Source: Lingula anatina (lineage: Eukaryota > Animalia > Brachiopoda). Taken from it: a stretch of DNA of 64,000 nt. Made by a program: the position numbers and the translations under genes. Within the stretch, counting starts at the first letter, position 1. Every line of letters begins with the position of its first letter. The notes below the pieces were generated by a model. It was not told the origin of the DNA. It did no database searches and was given only the letters and a program-made list of their open reading frames with translations. Location of the stretch: assembly GCA_051362555.1 (NCBI GenBank), contig CM120640.1, forward strand, positions 1 through 64,000, written 5' to 3'. Shown in pieces: positions 23,932 through 37,010 of this stretch.

Positions 23932-24499
23932 AATTTATTCCCGTTCTTTGTCTTCGATTCGTGCGCTAACTGCGTCCATATGCACTTCATATGTTGTTTG
24001 TGATGTTTTATTATTAATGTTATGCAGTGTCGGTTATTGTCTAGGAGAAATATAATTCTATTCGGTTGAGCGAAGTGAATAAGAATGGAATTATTTTCTT
24101 CTAGGGGGCGACACTGTATATATTGTGTTAGTTGTGATATTGGTAAGAATTGTGGGTAAGTTACGAAAGTTGTTCATTCGACCAGTTAGCGCAGACCAGT
24201 TTACACGTAAATTTTTAATTTTCAATTTCGTTGATAAATTTGTTGTTTTAATTTTCAACATAAATACAGTGTATGTTGTGTTAGTGTGTAGGAGTATGCG
24301 TAGTAGACATGGGTGCGTGTTTGGGATTGAGATTTATGTTTATTAATACAATAATTTTATGATTGATTTATATGAGCTGTTTGGGAGGTAGTTTGCATTT
24401 GTGTAGTGGAGAGATGAGTTTCGGAGGTGGTGTTTGGGATGTGGTCTCTGGTGATTTCCTATGTATGGAAGAAATGAGATCGGAAGTGCTTGGATTGTG

Positions 24500-27400
24500 A
24501 TATTTTGTGAAAAACAGTGTGCCTAAAATGAATATAAACTTTTTGTGGTAGATAAGTCTGTAGATGGAATCTTAGGAATAGAACTAATACATAAAATTAC
24601 TGATAGAAATATTTTACTTTTTAATTGCTACCTACCTCCTGAAAACTCGCCTTATGGAAGAGATGCTGCTAATTTCTTTGCACATTTATCAGCGAAATGT
24701 TATATGTATGAGGGTTGCGACATACTTTGTCTATGCGGAGATTTAAATGCACGAATCGGTAGTATGAGAGATTTCACGCTTCAGGTGGATGAGATTCAGG
24801 GGAGGGATAGTATTGATGATAAGACAAATTCTCACGGATCAGAGCTGATTGAATTTCTGATTGAAAGTAAGACATGCATATTAAATGGTAGCGGTGATAA
24901 GGCACATAACAATTATACTTATTTAAAGAGAGGAAAATCAGTTGTAGACTACATTATTACTCCGCATGAGAATTTGTCCAAAGTTACAGACTTTAGGGTA
25001 CATACGATGAGTGATTATATAGAGAATTACAATCTACAGGGTCTTTTAAGTGGAAGATGTAAACTTACCGATCACTCAATATTAGAAGCTACACTGAAAC
25101 ACGTCCATATGGATAACTTAGGTTGTGATGACATGCACAATATTAACCAAAACAAACAAATAAATAGTAACAGCAGTGGCCGCAGAATATACAAGTTTAA
25201 AGAAGGTAAAAGTGATATCTTTACGTCAGATATATCAAGGCTCGCAATCAAACAGATTATAGATAGTATCGAACTAATGAGGGAAAATCAAAATGAAGTT
25301 GACTACATGTATGAACGCGTAGTTAAAGAATTAATTAATGAATGCCACTGTTCCCTTTATTGATGTAAAAAACGGCGGGAAATCAAAAAAGAAGTTGAGA
25401 ATATCCAAACCATATTGGTGTGACGAATCAACGGATTTATGGAAACGCATGCATAATGCAGAAATTCAATACTCTAAATTTAAAGGCCATCGATATATCA
25501 GAAATAGTCTATTCATTGATTATAAAACAAAGTTACAAGAATTTGACAAACGACTCCGGTATCATGAAAGGCGTTACAACAGGGGACTTGCATGTGAAAT
25601 AGAGATGGCCTGTGTCAAAGATCCTAGCAAATTTTGGGACTATATTAAAAAAGCCGGACCTAGGCGCAAATCACAAATCCCAATGGAAACGTATAACGAA
25701 AATGGTGATGTAGTATATGATATCAATATTACTTATAAAAATTGGGAAAGCGAGTTTAGAAAATTGTATAATGAAACTGACATAAATGATTTCGATGCTG
25801 AATTTCTCGAACAAAGTCTAGAATATAGAAGAACTATGGAGGGTGTAATGTCTGACCCCTTGTTTAATCCTAATTACAGCATAAATGGCACTATTGAAAA
25901 ACAAGAGGTTAGCTCAGCAGTAGCTAAGGCAAAGCAAAAGAAAGCTACGGGAGTAGATAATATCCCCAATGAAATTTTGAAAAACGAAACTATTATTAAT
26001 TTATTAACATCACTATTCAATTTCATATTTGACACGGCATTATTACCAAGTATGTGGAGAAAGGCAATTATACCAATACCGAAGGACAGTAAACTAGATC
26101 CAAGAATACCGCTGAATTATAGAGGAATAAGTTTATTGTGTACCATATCAAAAATATTCAGCTCGGTTATAAACAAAAGAATCTTAGTGTATTGTGAGAA
26201 CAATGACTTACTGGTAGAAGAACAAAATGGCTTTAGAAAAGACAGGTCTTGTGAAGACCACATCTTTGTGTTAAACTCTATTGTTAAGAACAGAATGGAG
26301 GAGGGTAAAGACACGTTTGTAACTTTCATCGATCTGATGAAAGCTTTTGATTTTTTAAATAGAGATTTACTACTCCTCAAACTGATAAATATTGGCATTA
26401 ACGGGCCTATGTATGCTGTGCTGAAATCTATGTACACACTAACAGAGTCATGTGTAAATCTCAATGGAAACAATACAAACTGGTTTGAAACGATGGCTGG
26501 TGTTAGGCAAGGTGACAACCTATCACCTACCTTATTTGCACTATTCATAAATGATCTAGCTCAGGATATAAAAGCACTTGGAAAAGGGGTAATGGTAGGT
26601 GACATTAGGCTAGATATATTGTTGTACGCAGACGACATTGCTATTTTCAGTGAAACGCCAGAGGATATGAACATCATTATGAATACCTTACACGATTACT
26701 GCTCGAAATGGAGACTGCAAATTAATAGTAAGAAATCAAAAGTTATGCACTTTAGAAGTAAAGGTTCCCCATTGTGTGACATACCAATAAATATAAATAA
26801 TAGAATTATTGAGTATGTAAATGAGTATAAATATTTAGGCTTTTTATTTGATAGTCATGTAACCTATGAGTCCGGAGATAAATTGTTGTCTGAGTCGGGG
26901 GGTAGAGCGCTTGGATCAGTTATCAGTAAAGTTAAAAGTCTCAGAAACATCAAGTTTAAATCATACATGGAACTCTTCAACACTTGTGTGCTTCCAGTGT
27001 TAAATTATTCGTCCAGCGTTTGGGGTTTTAAGTTATTTAAAAGCAGTGAAAGTATACTAAACAGAGCCATACGGTATTTTCTAGGTGTTCATAAGTTTGC
27101 TCCCATACTAGGGCTTCGAGGAGATACGGGTTGCATTCCTATACAAACAAGCAGGTGGCTGAATATGCTCAGATACTGGAATAGATTGGTTTTAATGGAT
27201 TCATCAAGGCTAACGAAAAGGGTCTTTATCATAGATTATAATAAGTGCATAAATAACTGGTCTAGTGAGATATGTAGTATATTACAAAAATTAGACATGA
27301 CAAATAAATTTGAACGTATGGAGTTAGTGGATGTGGATAGATGTGCAGCATGCTTGAGAGATCTAGTGGCGAGTAAATGGGAGAGAGATTTGCCCTCATA

Positions 27401-28052
27401 CAGTAAACTTAGAACTTACATACTATTTAAAAATAAATACAAGGTTGAGAACTATGTAACCCACGAATTTGATAAAATGACTAGATCATTGGTAGCACAA
27501 TTAAGATTTGGTATACTTCCGATTAGAATAGAAACGGGCAGGTTTGTGAGAGAAAAAGTGGAAGAAAGAGTGTGTGTGATGTGTGACTGTGGAAAGATAG
27601 AGGATGAAAAGCATTATATTTTTGAATGTGCGGCCTACGATAACATAAGAGAAGAAATGTTGACAAAAATAACAGCAACTGATTTAGACTTTTTGAATTT
27701 AAATTTGCCAGAGAAACTCGCAAAATTAATGGAGAAACATATAAAAATATTTAGTAATTATAGAAAACGTGCCTATATGATACGGAAAGAGTTCATGTAT
27801 AATGAGTAACGTCCTAGTTTGTATATACATTCTATTATTTACACTTGTATGTAATTAATGTTATATATTTTATTAAGTTTATTTATACATTATTTATTGT
27901 TTCTATTTTTTTTCTTGATCATTAATATATTAAAATAATATAAATTAAATAGTGACTTATAAGCCCACTGGGGCTGGGTGCAAAAAGAAAAAAAAATGTA
28001 TCTGTATTACTTGCATTATAGCACAGGTCACTTTAATAAACAAACATATCTA
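24500..28052 (+). mobile_element. 5'-truncated non-LTR retrotransposon (APE-RT-CCHC; RTE-X/CR1-group-like, clade uncertain) nested in the YR element
   Basis: ORF 24545-25363 has endonuclease motifs YLPP, GDLNAR, VVDY and TDH. After one frameshift, ORF 25338-27809 has RT motifs KATGVD, NYRGISLL, QNGFR, GVRQGDNLSP and YADD, and a C-terminal CVMC...HYIFEC. An AT-rich 3' UTR ends with aataaa near 28035. Confidence 0.9.
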
Positions 28053-28069
28053 AATCTCTGTGCAAGAGA

Positions 28070-28410
28070 AAGATGAGCTCGGAAGAGCTGTTGGGATGTG
28101 ATATCCCGGTGATTCCCTAGGTAAGGGAAAGATGAGCTCTGAAGAGCTGTTGGGATGTGATATCCCGGTGAATCCCTAGGTAAGGGAAGATGAGCTCGGT
28201 AGAGCTGTTGGGATGTGATATCCCGGTGATTCCCTAGGTAAGGGAAAGGTGAGCTCGGAAGAGCTGTTGGGATGTGATATCCCGGTGAATCCCTAGGTAA
28301 GGGAAAGATGAGCTCGGTAGAGCTGTTGGGATGTGATATCCCGGTGATTCCCTAGGTAAGGGAAAGATGAGCTCGTAAGAGTTGTTGGGATGTGATATCC
28401 CGGTTATTCC
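28070..28410. repeat. 59-bp minisatellite (~6 units) in the A2-B2 spacer of the YR element
   Basis: Unit gatgagctcggaagagctgttgggatgtgatatcccggtgattccctaggtaagggaaa. Degenerate units also occur at 24370-24500, on the other side of the LINE. Confidence 0.9.
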
Positions 28411-29142
28411 TTTTTTATATATAAAAGGAAGAGATGATAAAGAGGTTTGGTGTGGAGAGGGTCTCCTCGTGTTTTTAATTTATTTATTTAATTATTTATT
28501 TATATTGTTTGTAAATGTTTGAAGATGGTTTGAAATAAAATTCGTGCGCTGCGTCCATATGTACTTTATATGTTGTTTGTGTTGTTTTATTATTAATGTT
28601 ATGCAGTGTCGGTTATTGTCTAGGAGAACGCAATATCAACTTTGTTGACATTTAAAATGCGTTTTTATTTTTATTTATTCATTTTTCCTGTCTGTGTGTG
28701 TCATTATGACTTTATCAAACCCTAATCCTCTTTTCGAGATGGAGAATTTTTGTGCCTGCTCATAAATCAGACTATAATTCAAACCGAAGCGTCCGCACGG
28801 AGAGTAGGTGACTTCTTTATTATGTAAATCAGGTGACCATGTTAGTGATAGGTGTTCAGGAAGGACCAAGGTCAGTAGAAGATGGAGAAGGATGCCCCAT
28901 GCCATATTACTGCTACTGCCACATGTAGACCGAAAAGATGGCACTGAAACCGGCAGCAGTATCTCGTAAGTTCCGTACAGATCATAGAAAATGTATTGTA
29001 GCATTTCTTTGTTTTGCAATGACGATATTTTCCCAATTATTTCTCAAAGCATAATGACCATGGTGAGATCTAACTGACGTGAAGGAGACTTTCTCTTAGC
29101 TTTCCCTCAGCGTCTTTTGGGTGCCCTTTTGTTTTGAGGGTT

Positions 29143-29192
<50 letters not shown>

Positions 29193-32145
29193 CTTAATTG
29201 CAATTTGTTAATTATAACGCAAAAGAAACTGACATAAATAGCTGTAATGAACATGTGCTGTTTCATCAGATGTTTAAACATTGTTTCATGAATGTGAATT
29301 TCTTCCTTTAATTCCAGTGACTCTATAACTACCGTTTACGAAGATACCAGAAGCGTCCTACTCAGAGACACGTTTCGTGTTCGATACATGCAGCCCCACA
29401 CCCATTTCCTACAGTATATATGCCAACGTTTGTCTGCTCGTTAATTTGCAGGGACGAAATTAAGTAAGGAATTTTATGCTTGCCTTGTGTTGTAACATAC
29501 TGCTCCAAAACGTATATAATTAAAAGTCGCATAAAATGAGCTTTTTATTTATTAAACTTCTCCCAGTGATTAAATCCATACTAAGCGTCCACCCCGCATG
29601 TTGCTGGTATGCTCTTTTTGGTAATTGTATATTACTATGTCATAGTGCTCTATCATGGTGTTATGAGGGTTATTTATGTATATTTTTGTGTTGGGTTTGA
29701 TACCAGTCCTTTTTCGAACCAGAAACGTTAGATTTGAATTTCTTATATAACAGAAATAATGTCTGTATAAAAATGAAAAAGTGACTGTTTTAAAATTACC
29801 ATATATTAATTTCCTAGAAGAGAAATATTTTCTATTTGTCACTGAAAATATGTGTGGGCAAATCTGCAACTTGACACCTCGCTGTAAACTTGAAGATATT
29901 CTCTTATTCATTCTAAATCATGTTGATTTCTGGTAACCCCGTAAAGTTAAATGCATATAGGAAATTTTTAATTACATTTATCGCGTGTTCAGTCGAAAAA
30001 AAGGAAGAAATATATATCTGCAAAAGACACTGTTAATAAAACGTACAACTCTTTAGAAATCCCAGTATTATGTAACGGGCAAAATGTGCTCACGTGACTG
30101 CAGAATTGTCCACATGTACTGTAACGATTTTTTAAAACAATTATGAATCTGGCACTGTGGTTGTGAATAAACTTCCTCTGGTTTTCGGTGTTTTCAGTGC
30201 TATGCGGGGATCAAACATCTGTTTTCTGAAACAAAGTTAAACCATGGGGTGGGATAAAGATTGTCATCCGAAATAAAATTTAATTTAATATCGCAGTAGT
30301 AGAATGGAAATCTTTGTTGCATATGTGAAGACTATTCCTATAGTTGGCTACAGTAATTTCCCAGGATTGGGATCATTTATATGCCGTTTTTGACTTCTAT
30401 TACAAAACAGAAGTGTCGAAAAACAAAAACGAAAATGGCATTTAGATATCATTTGTCCATTAAAATGTTTTTGTACTGACATTAATCAAAGCTTTTTGTA
30501 TTCCATATTTTGAAAATCACTTGAGCTGTCGCAAAGCCCAATTTTCGGGAGGCAGTGAGTAATCTGAAAGGATTCAATGGATTTTTCGACCGTCACCTTT
30601 TGTCAAATTTGCTCAAAAATGATGATCAATTCATAATTCTTTTAAAACATCTATAGATTTTTAAAAATCAGATTGTAGGATTTATTATATTATCTGTTAT
30701 ACTAAAGTTCATTATTACCGTTTGGTCACTTACTTAAGAAAGTTACGGAATTATCATCTAAAAATGTTATTACAAATTGTTTTGTTCCTCTAAACGCTAA
30801 TTTCGATATTCAACCTAAGTGTACGTAAACATTAATACTTCGTTTGCTTTGATTTTTAAAGTAAAAAAAACATGCCTAAAACGACGTACAGAGGAGCGTT
30901 CTAATTAAAGTTGTTCTGTATTCTTATACATTTTGATTTATTTTCGGGAGCAAGGGGTGATTGAGAAGGACAGGCTTGGTTAGATATCAGTCCTGCATTC
31001 CCATGCTGTGTTATTTGTGCCTAGTGTGATAATTTGTTAAAATACATTTTGTCTATGATCAATTTTTGCCAAAGTCTTTCAAATATTAGGATCTTGAACT
31101 TATAATTTTTCATAAATAAAAGGATTCCGTCATTTAGTAACAATGTTAAAATGCATAAAATCTTCGACTTGTTTTATTTACAGATATATATTTTCTTCTG
31201 TTTGTTAAATTTTAACTTCTATTAATGAAGTGCACAAAATGTTATATGTCCATTATTTTCATGATGTAAATAATTCATTTCATAGTACGGCGTTCAGCGC
31301 AGTGTGAGCTGTCACCCAGATCAGTCACTTCACAGCTGGGACGTGTAAGAAGAGGACGCAGGATAGGTGTGGTGAAGTCGCAAGGCCGAATATTCTATTC
31401 ATTGAAATAAATTTGTCTTGTAAGTAACATCTTTTCAGCAAGCAAGTACCAAAGGCGTACAAGAAGGGAAACACGTAGACTTTATTTTGTGTAACTCGAT
31501 AGTTTTAGACCAGTGAATGGCTATCGCCTATGTCATTGGCATACGGGTACTTTTCCGGTTTTGTGAGTTTCATACAAACTTGTATGTAAGTGTTTGTCAG
31601 AAGCATGTATTAATTCGAAATTTAATGGAAACTGTGTCATTTATAATGACCGAGATGTTCTTTGCGCTAAGGACGTTTATAACAAATTCTCCGTATTTCT
31701 TCGAGTTCAAAAGAAATAATATCCTTATTATTTTCACACGGTCTTAACTACTTGTTAGTCTGGGTGGTTCACTGGATTTTGGAAATGTTTCCAGTTAACA
31801 ATCTCGAGAAAAAAACGCTGTCAAAAGAAACATAAATAATATGAAGAAAGTTGTCATATTTTCTATCATTTTTTCGTGTCCAGATTCAGCCAAATTACAA
31901 CCGACTAACTGTGCGTACCTGTAAATTTGACACCTGAACAAATTAGTATTTTTGGAACAATTCTAGTTGATCTATCACGTAGTAAGAACATTATAAACTG
32001 GACTGTGGAAAATCTTGCTTGACTTAGAGAGAATTAGTTTTCATGTTTGCAACTGAAGCAGATAAGTAAGGGAGAAGTTTGTATATGTTTCCGTGATGAC
32101 ATAAAATATTCCTGGCATCCGTAGGATGTTTTCCGGTTTTTATAA

Positions 32146-32528
32146 AATAACCTTTATTTTACATGTTGTACAAGAGTGCTATTGTGCCGTTCATTATTAG
32201 ATCTGTTATAATAACTTTTATTTTACATGTTGTACAAGAGTGCTATTGTGCCGTTCATTATTAGATCTGTTATAATAACCTTTATTTTACATGTTGTACA
32301 AGAGTGCTATTGTGCCGTTCATTATTAGATCTGTTATAATAACCTTTATTTTACATGTTGTACAAGAGTGCTATTGTGCCGTTCATTATTAGATCTGTTA
32401 TAATAACCTTTATTTTACATGTTGTACAAGAGTGCTATTGTGCCGTTCATTATTAGATCTGTTATAATAACCTTTATTTTACATGTTGTACAAGAGTGAT
32501 ATTGTGCCGTTCATTATTAGATCTGTTA
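32146..32528. repeat. 64-bp minisatellite x6
   Basis: Unit ataataacctttattttacatgttgtacaagagtgctattgtgccgttcattattagatctgtt, in near-identical copies. Confidence 0.95.
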
Positions 32529-33494
32529 ATTGTTCAGGGGAACTAAATTATGCATTATGTCATTTGGCTTCTGTAAACTCTTTACTCAGTTCAGTAATAT
32601 ATTTTGTTACTTGACGGAATTATTCGTGTTTTCCATGTCATTCTCGTAGTGTAATAGAAATGGGTGTACTCTATCCATTGAAATTTGTGAAATATCGGAA
32701 AATTTTGGACCTTGATTTGCATGCCTCTTCCATTATCATTTTACCTAAGCTAAGTTTCAATGGCATGGGGAAATTTAATTATGCCATTAGCGTGTGTTAT
32801 TTTCATATTTCAGAACACTGCCATTTCCTCTGCCAAGATACTACAAAATGGATATGTGACTGATAGAAGCTGCCCTTGTTTTCCTGACTTTGGAACAGGA
32901 CACGGACTGGCAAAAGTTACATGTTGATAATCGTTCATGATTTTCAAAATGATAGCTTTATATTAAATTTTCTGCATACTGAAGTTGCGCACTAAGATTG
33001 ATCGTGTTTCATTTTCGTTTAAGTCAGACATCAATTATTTTTTATCAAATTATGCCATAAGGATTGATTGATATAAATAATAAAACATAATTATATGATA
33101 AAACTTTAATTTGATTCCACTTGACCAGTCAGTTTCTCTTCAATTTTCTTATGTTATGCCATAGTTTCATAATATAAAGCTATACTATAATATTTAAAGC
33201 CATAATATTATCTCAAAGTGCTTACATATCACAACTTTCAAATTAAAAGATAAAGTTGCATTTTCACCAGATCGCAAGTTGAAATTCGAGTACGATTATT
33301 TATTTTAATTTACTACTGTATTATTCGTTATGGTGATGTGCATTGTCAAAGAAAATTTTATCGTTTGTAACTGTACTCTGACATTTGTGAATGACAATAA
33401 TTTTTGCCTGAATAAATAGGTTTTGAAAATGGTTTTAGTTTGATCTTCTATATACAGAAATGAAAGTAGTAGTATTGATGTACTCTTTTTGGAA

Positions 33495-33985
33495 CGTGGA
33501 AGGTTGGGTGAGGCCATTTGTTTTTGAGGGAAGTCAGGTGGGGCGAGTCCATTCAATTTTGAGGCGTGACAGGTGGGAAGAGTCCATTTTATTTTAGAGG
33601 GTTGATAGGTGGGAAGAGTCCATTCAATTTCAAGGGATGACAGGTGGGAAGAATCCATTTTGTTTTTAAGGGGTGACAGGTGGGACGAGTCCATTCAACT
33701 TCAAAGGGTAACATTGTGAAGAGCGCATTTTGTTTTTAAAGGGTGATAGGTGGGAAGAGTCCATTCAAATTTAAGGGGTGGCAGGTGGGAAGAGTTCATT
33801 CAATTTCAATGTGTGACAGGGGTGACAGGTGGGACGAGTCCATTCAACTTCAAAGGGTAACATTGTGAAGAGCGCATTTTGTTTTTAAAGGGTGATAGGT
33901 GGGAAGAGTCCATTCAATTTTAAGTGGTGACAGGTGGGACAAGTCCGCGATGTTTACGAGGGTTGACGGGTGGGGCCAGTCAATT
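33495..33985. repeat. Degenerate ~36-bp tandem repeat
   Basis: gacaggtgggaagagtccatt(c/t)aatttt(a)agggg recurs about 13 times, with a higher-order duplication (33672-33790 vs 33820-33940). Confidence 0.8.
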
Positions 33986-34467
33986 ACATTTTTAGTGGTG
34001 ATAACTGAGACGATTAAAGATTGTAAGAGCATTTACTGCATAGGACTACTTGGTATTCAAAATTGGTTTGCAAATGCACGAATTCAATATTATTTTGAAT
34101 AGACCAGGCAAAATATAAATTTTTAAAAAATTGAACCCGGAGGCATGTGATCAGTTCTGTATCATCTACAATTCCTGAAACAGCCAATGTCATTTACTAA
34201 AAAGCAACAGAATATTTTTCACTTGATCATTTTATTCAGATTTGTAATTGAATTATATATACAAGTATTTAGAGTATTTACAAGTAGTTAAATTGGCAGT
34301 AGAAAACAACAAAATGCCGTATAAAAAGCTATGAATTGCAATATGTAAAGTGAGGAAATGATATTCTGGATGGATAAATTTGTTCTAGAGTACATTGAAA
34401 ATATCATGACATGGAACAAAATTTAGAAACAAAAACTTCAAAAAGCTGGTTTGTAATTGCACTTTAA

Positions 34468-34721
34468 CTCCGTTCACATGAAACATCTATTTTCTAAAAA
34501 TCTAAAAATCTATTTGCGGTAACTTCTGATCACGGACTATGCCCTGAATACCCCACGGCGTAATTACTGGCAGCGCCGAGAATTAATTACAGCTTTGGAA
34601 GTAACTGGCTCGCGCTGCCTGTAATTACGTTGGTGGGATATTCAGGGCACAGACCGCGATCACAAGATACCGCAAATAGATTTTTAGATTTTTAGAAAAT
34701 AGTTTTTTCATGTGAATGGAG
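34468..34721. mobile_element. Hairpin (foldback) MITE of about 254 bp
   Basis: The whole element is an imperfect palindrome: ctccgttcacatgaaa..ctattttctaaaaatctaaaaatctatttgcggta at the left and taccgcaaatagatttttagatttttagaaaatag..tttcatgtgaatggag at the right. Confidence 0.85.
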
Positions 34722-35294
34722 CCTTTATAAATGTTTTTATAGAAATATTTTGGTTCACCTACAGCCTTGCAGCAGGCTTTAGATTTTTAAGTATTCAAAT
34801 ACTATCGTTTTTTTTAATACAAGGTACGTTTGCAAAGCTTTTAAATCATTTCACTTTCAAATATTTTCATGTACCAAAGCAAATCGTCAAAGCAATACCA
34901 AGGGTAATATTTACAGATTATATTAGGTAGATAAACTACTGAAACAGTTATTATATTTATATCTTTATACGCCTTTTCTATCTATTACTATTACTATTAT
35001 CATTATCATACTTTTCCACATCAAAATATAAAAAAACAGACATATATATTTATTCAATTCTCATTTAATAAATGCTTGAATAGGTGTAGAGTTCCTGAAT
35101 GTGAACCAAAGGTAAGGCTGCCAGAGGCGCATGTCGAGCTGTACCTCGGTGGGTTTCTGAAATGAGAAAATTATTTTTAGCAATTTTTGAGTTCAACTGA
35201 CAGGCTCTTAAATTGTTACTAAAGACTGATAAATCACATACGATAGAGTATATAATAATAAATATATATAATAATAATGGTAAATAATAATAAT

Positions 35295-35337
<43 letters not shown>

Positions 35338-35714
35338 AGGAAACCCAGATTCAGTCGAAATTGTTATAATTTCTTTCCCATCTGAATATCTGTGCGTCTC
35401 AAAAATTTCATCAAAATATGCAGAAGACATTTAGAAATATTTTGCTTTAAAATCATACAAAAAAGACAACCCATTTCATTTGCAGATCATAATTATGCAT
35501 ACTATTAAATGCTATCGCTATGCAACAAGTCCTTGGAATTCAGGGCAGAAACCAAATAATTTCCCTTTGATGGCCATACTAAAAAATGCCTGCAAAACTG
35601 CATGAACAAAATAATTTAATGAAACATTTTCCTAAGACGATGGACAGCAGACACTGACATAACTCCCAAATGGCACAAAGTTTCACTGTTAATAAAAATG
35701 CACAAAACAAGATA

Positions 35715-37010
35715 CTGTCAATTCTGATGCTATAATACATTATACTTTTAAGTTAAAACTACAAAGTCAACATCAAATTGTAATTATACACAACAGGTAA
35801 TACCAATGAAAGTAAAAGCAGAAGGCTTCAGGCCCATGAGAGTTCAAATTCACACTTAGATTATGCTAAAATGAGAAAAATGAAAAATTCACAAAAATAT
35901 TGCATAAATTCAATAAAAAATGATAATCCAATAGAGCTGGTTTTCTCATTTGAGCTGTATGTCAATCCTAAGAATCATTCTTGCATATAAAAAAATAACA
36001 AGTAACACGGTTTTCTTCTGATAACGTTTGTGGTGACAATGCACATAGTAGGTTTTTAATCAATTTTGATGCAATATTACACAATTATTAACTGTACAAT
36101 TACCACCAATTATCTACTATTAAATAACATGGATATTTAGAAAATTTGATCTCCAATGGGCTACATGCCTATGGGAATTCTAAGTCCCACATTGAAAATG
36201 CCAATATGTGAAAGATAAAAATTTCAGAAAAAATGTTCAACAGAAAAAGAAGCCAATTTAACTGCTTTTCCAACTCAGGCTGCATTTAAGTCTTACGTTT
36301 CTTTCCTGTAAGTTTAAGAAAAGTAAGTGACATGATTTTTCGTTAATGGTTACTATGGAGGCAGTGTCAAAAAAAGTGCTTTCCTCAATTTTGATGCAAT
36401 ATTACATAATGCATAACAGCATAATCACCATCAAATTGGATATTCAGAAAATGTGACTTGCAAATTGTCTGTAAGCCAATGGAAGTTCAAAGTCACAACT
36501 TGAAATTGCCAATATGTAAAAAATTTAATTTTCACATAAAAACTGTGTAACTTCCAGAAAAATTTACCAATAAGACAGAGTTTCCAACTACAGCTGTATT
36601 TTAGTCCTGTGTTTCTTTCCTGTAAGTGTGAGAAGAGTAAGTGACATGGTTTTCCTTAAATGGTCACTATGGAGGAAGTGCCCAAAATAGGGTTTTCTTC
36701 AATTCTGATGCAATATTATGTAATGCTTAACAGCATAATGATCAAGTAATAAAATTAAAGTATTATGGATATTCAGAAAATGTGGCAAGCAAAATATTCA
36801 AGCCCATGGAAGGGCAGAGTCACACCTTGAAAATCCCAAATTGTAAACCAGAGATAACTGTACTATAAAGAATTTCCATTTTCATTACTTTTTTTACATA
36901 AAACAAAATCAAATTACTGTCATTTTTATATGAACAACTGAGAAAAGTTGTCAAAGGAAAAAATCAATAGAACAATTTTCAATGTCCAACTTGGGCCATT
37001 CTGAGATTCT
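35715..37010. repeat. Old diverged ~320-340 bp tandem array, with a related block at 42340-42935
   Basis: tcaatt(t/c)tgatgcaatat recurs near 35718, 36060, 36386 and 36699, followed by shared motifs (cccatg..agttcaa..tcaca.; ggatatt.agaaaat.tga in three of the units). Similar units start near 42345 and 42608. Confidence 0.65.

Larger units (their letters stand above)
20058..28628 (+). mobile_element. Tyrosine-recombinase (DIRS-order) retrotransposon with split direct repeats, PAT-like/Ngaro-type layout A1-gag-RT/RH-MT-YR-B1-A2-spacer-B2; defective
   Basis: A1 20058-20225 and A2 24048-24215 differ at 2 of 168 positions by eye. B1 23957-24049 matches B2 28540-28628. The internal ORFs encode a gag CCHC knuckle, RT, RNase H, a methyltransferase-like domain and a tyrosine recombinase. 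Confidence 0.9.
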
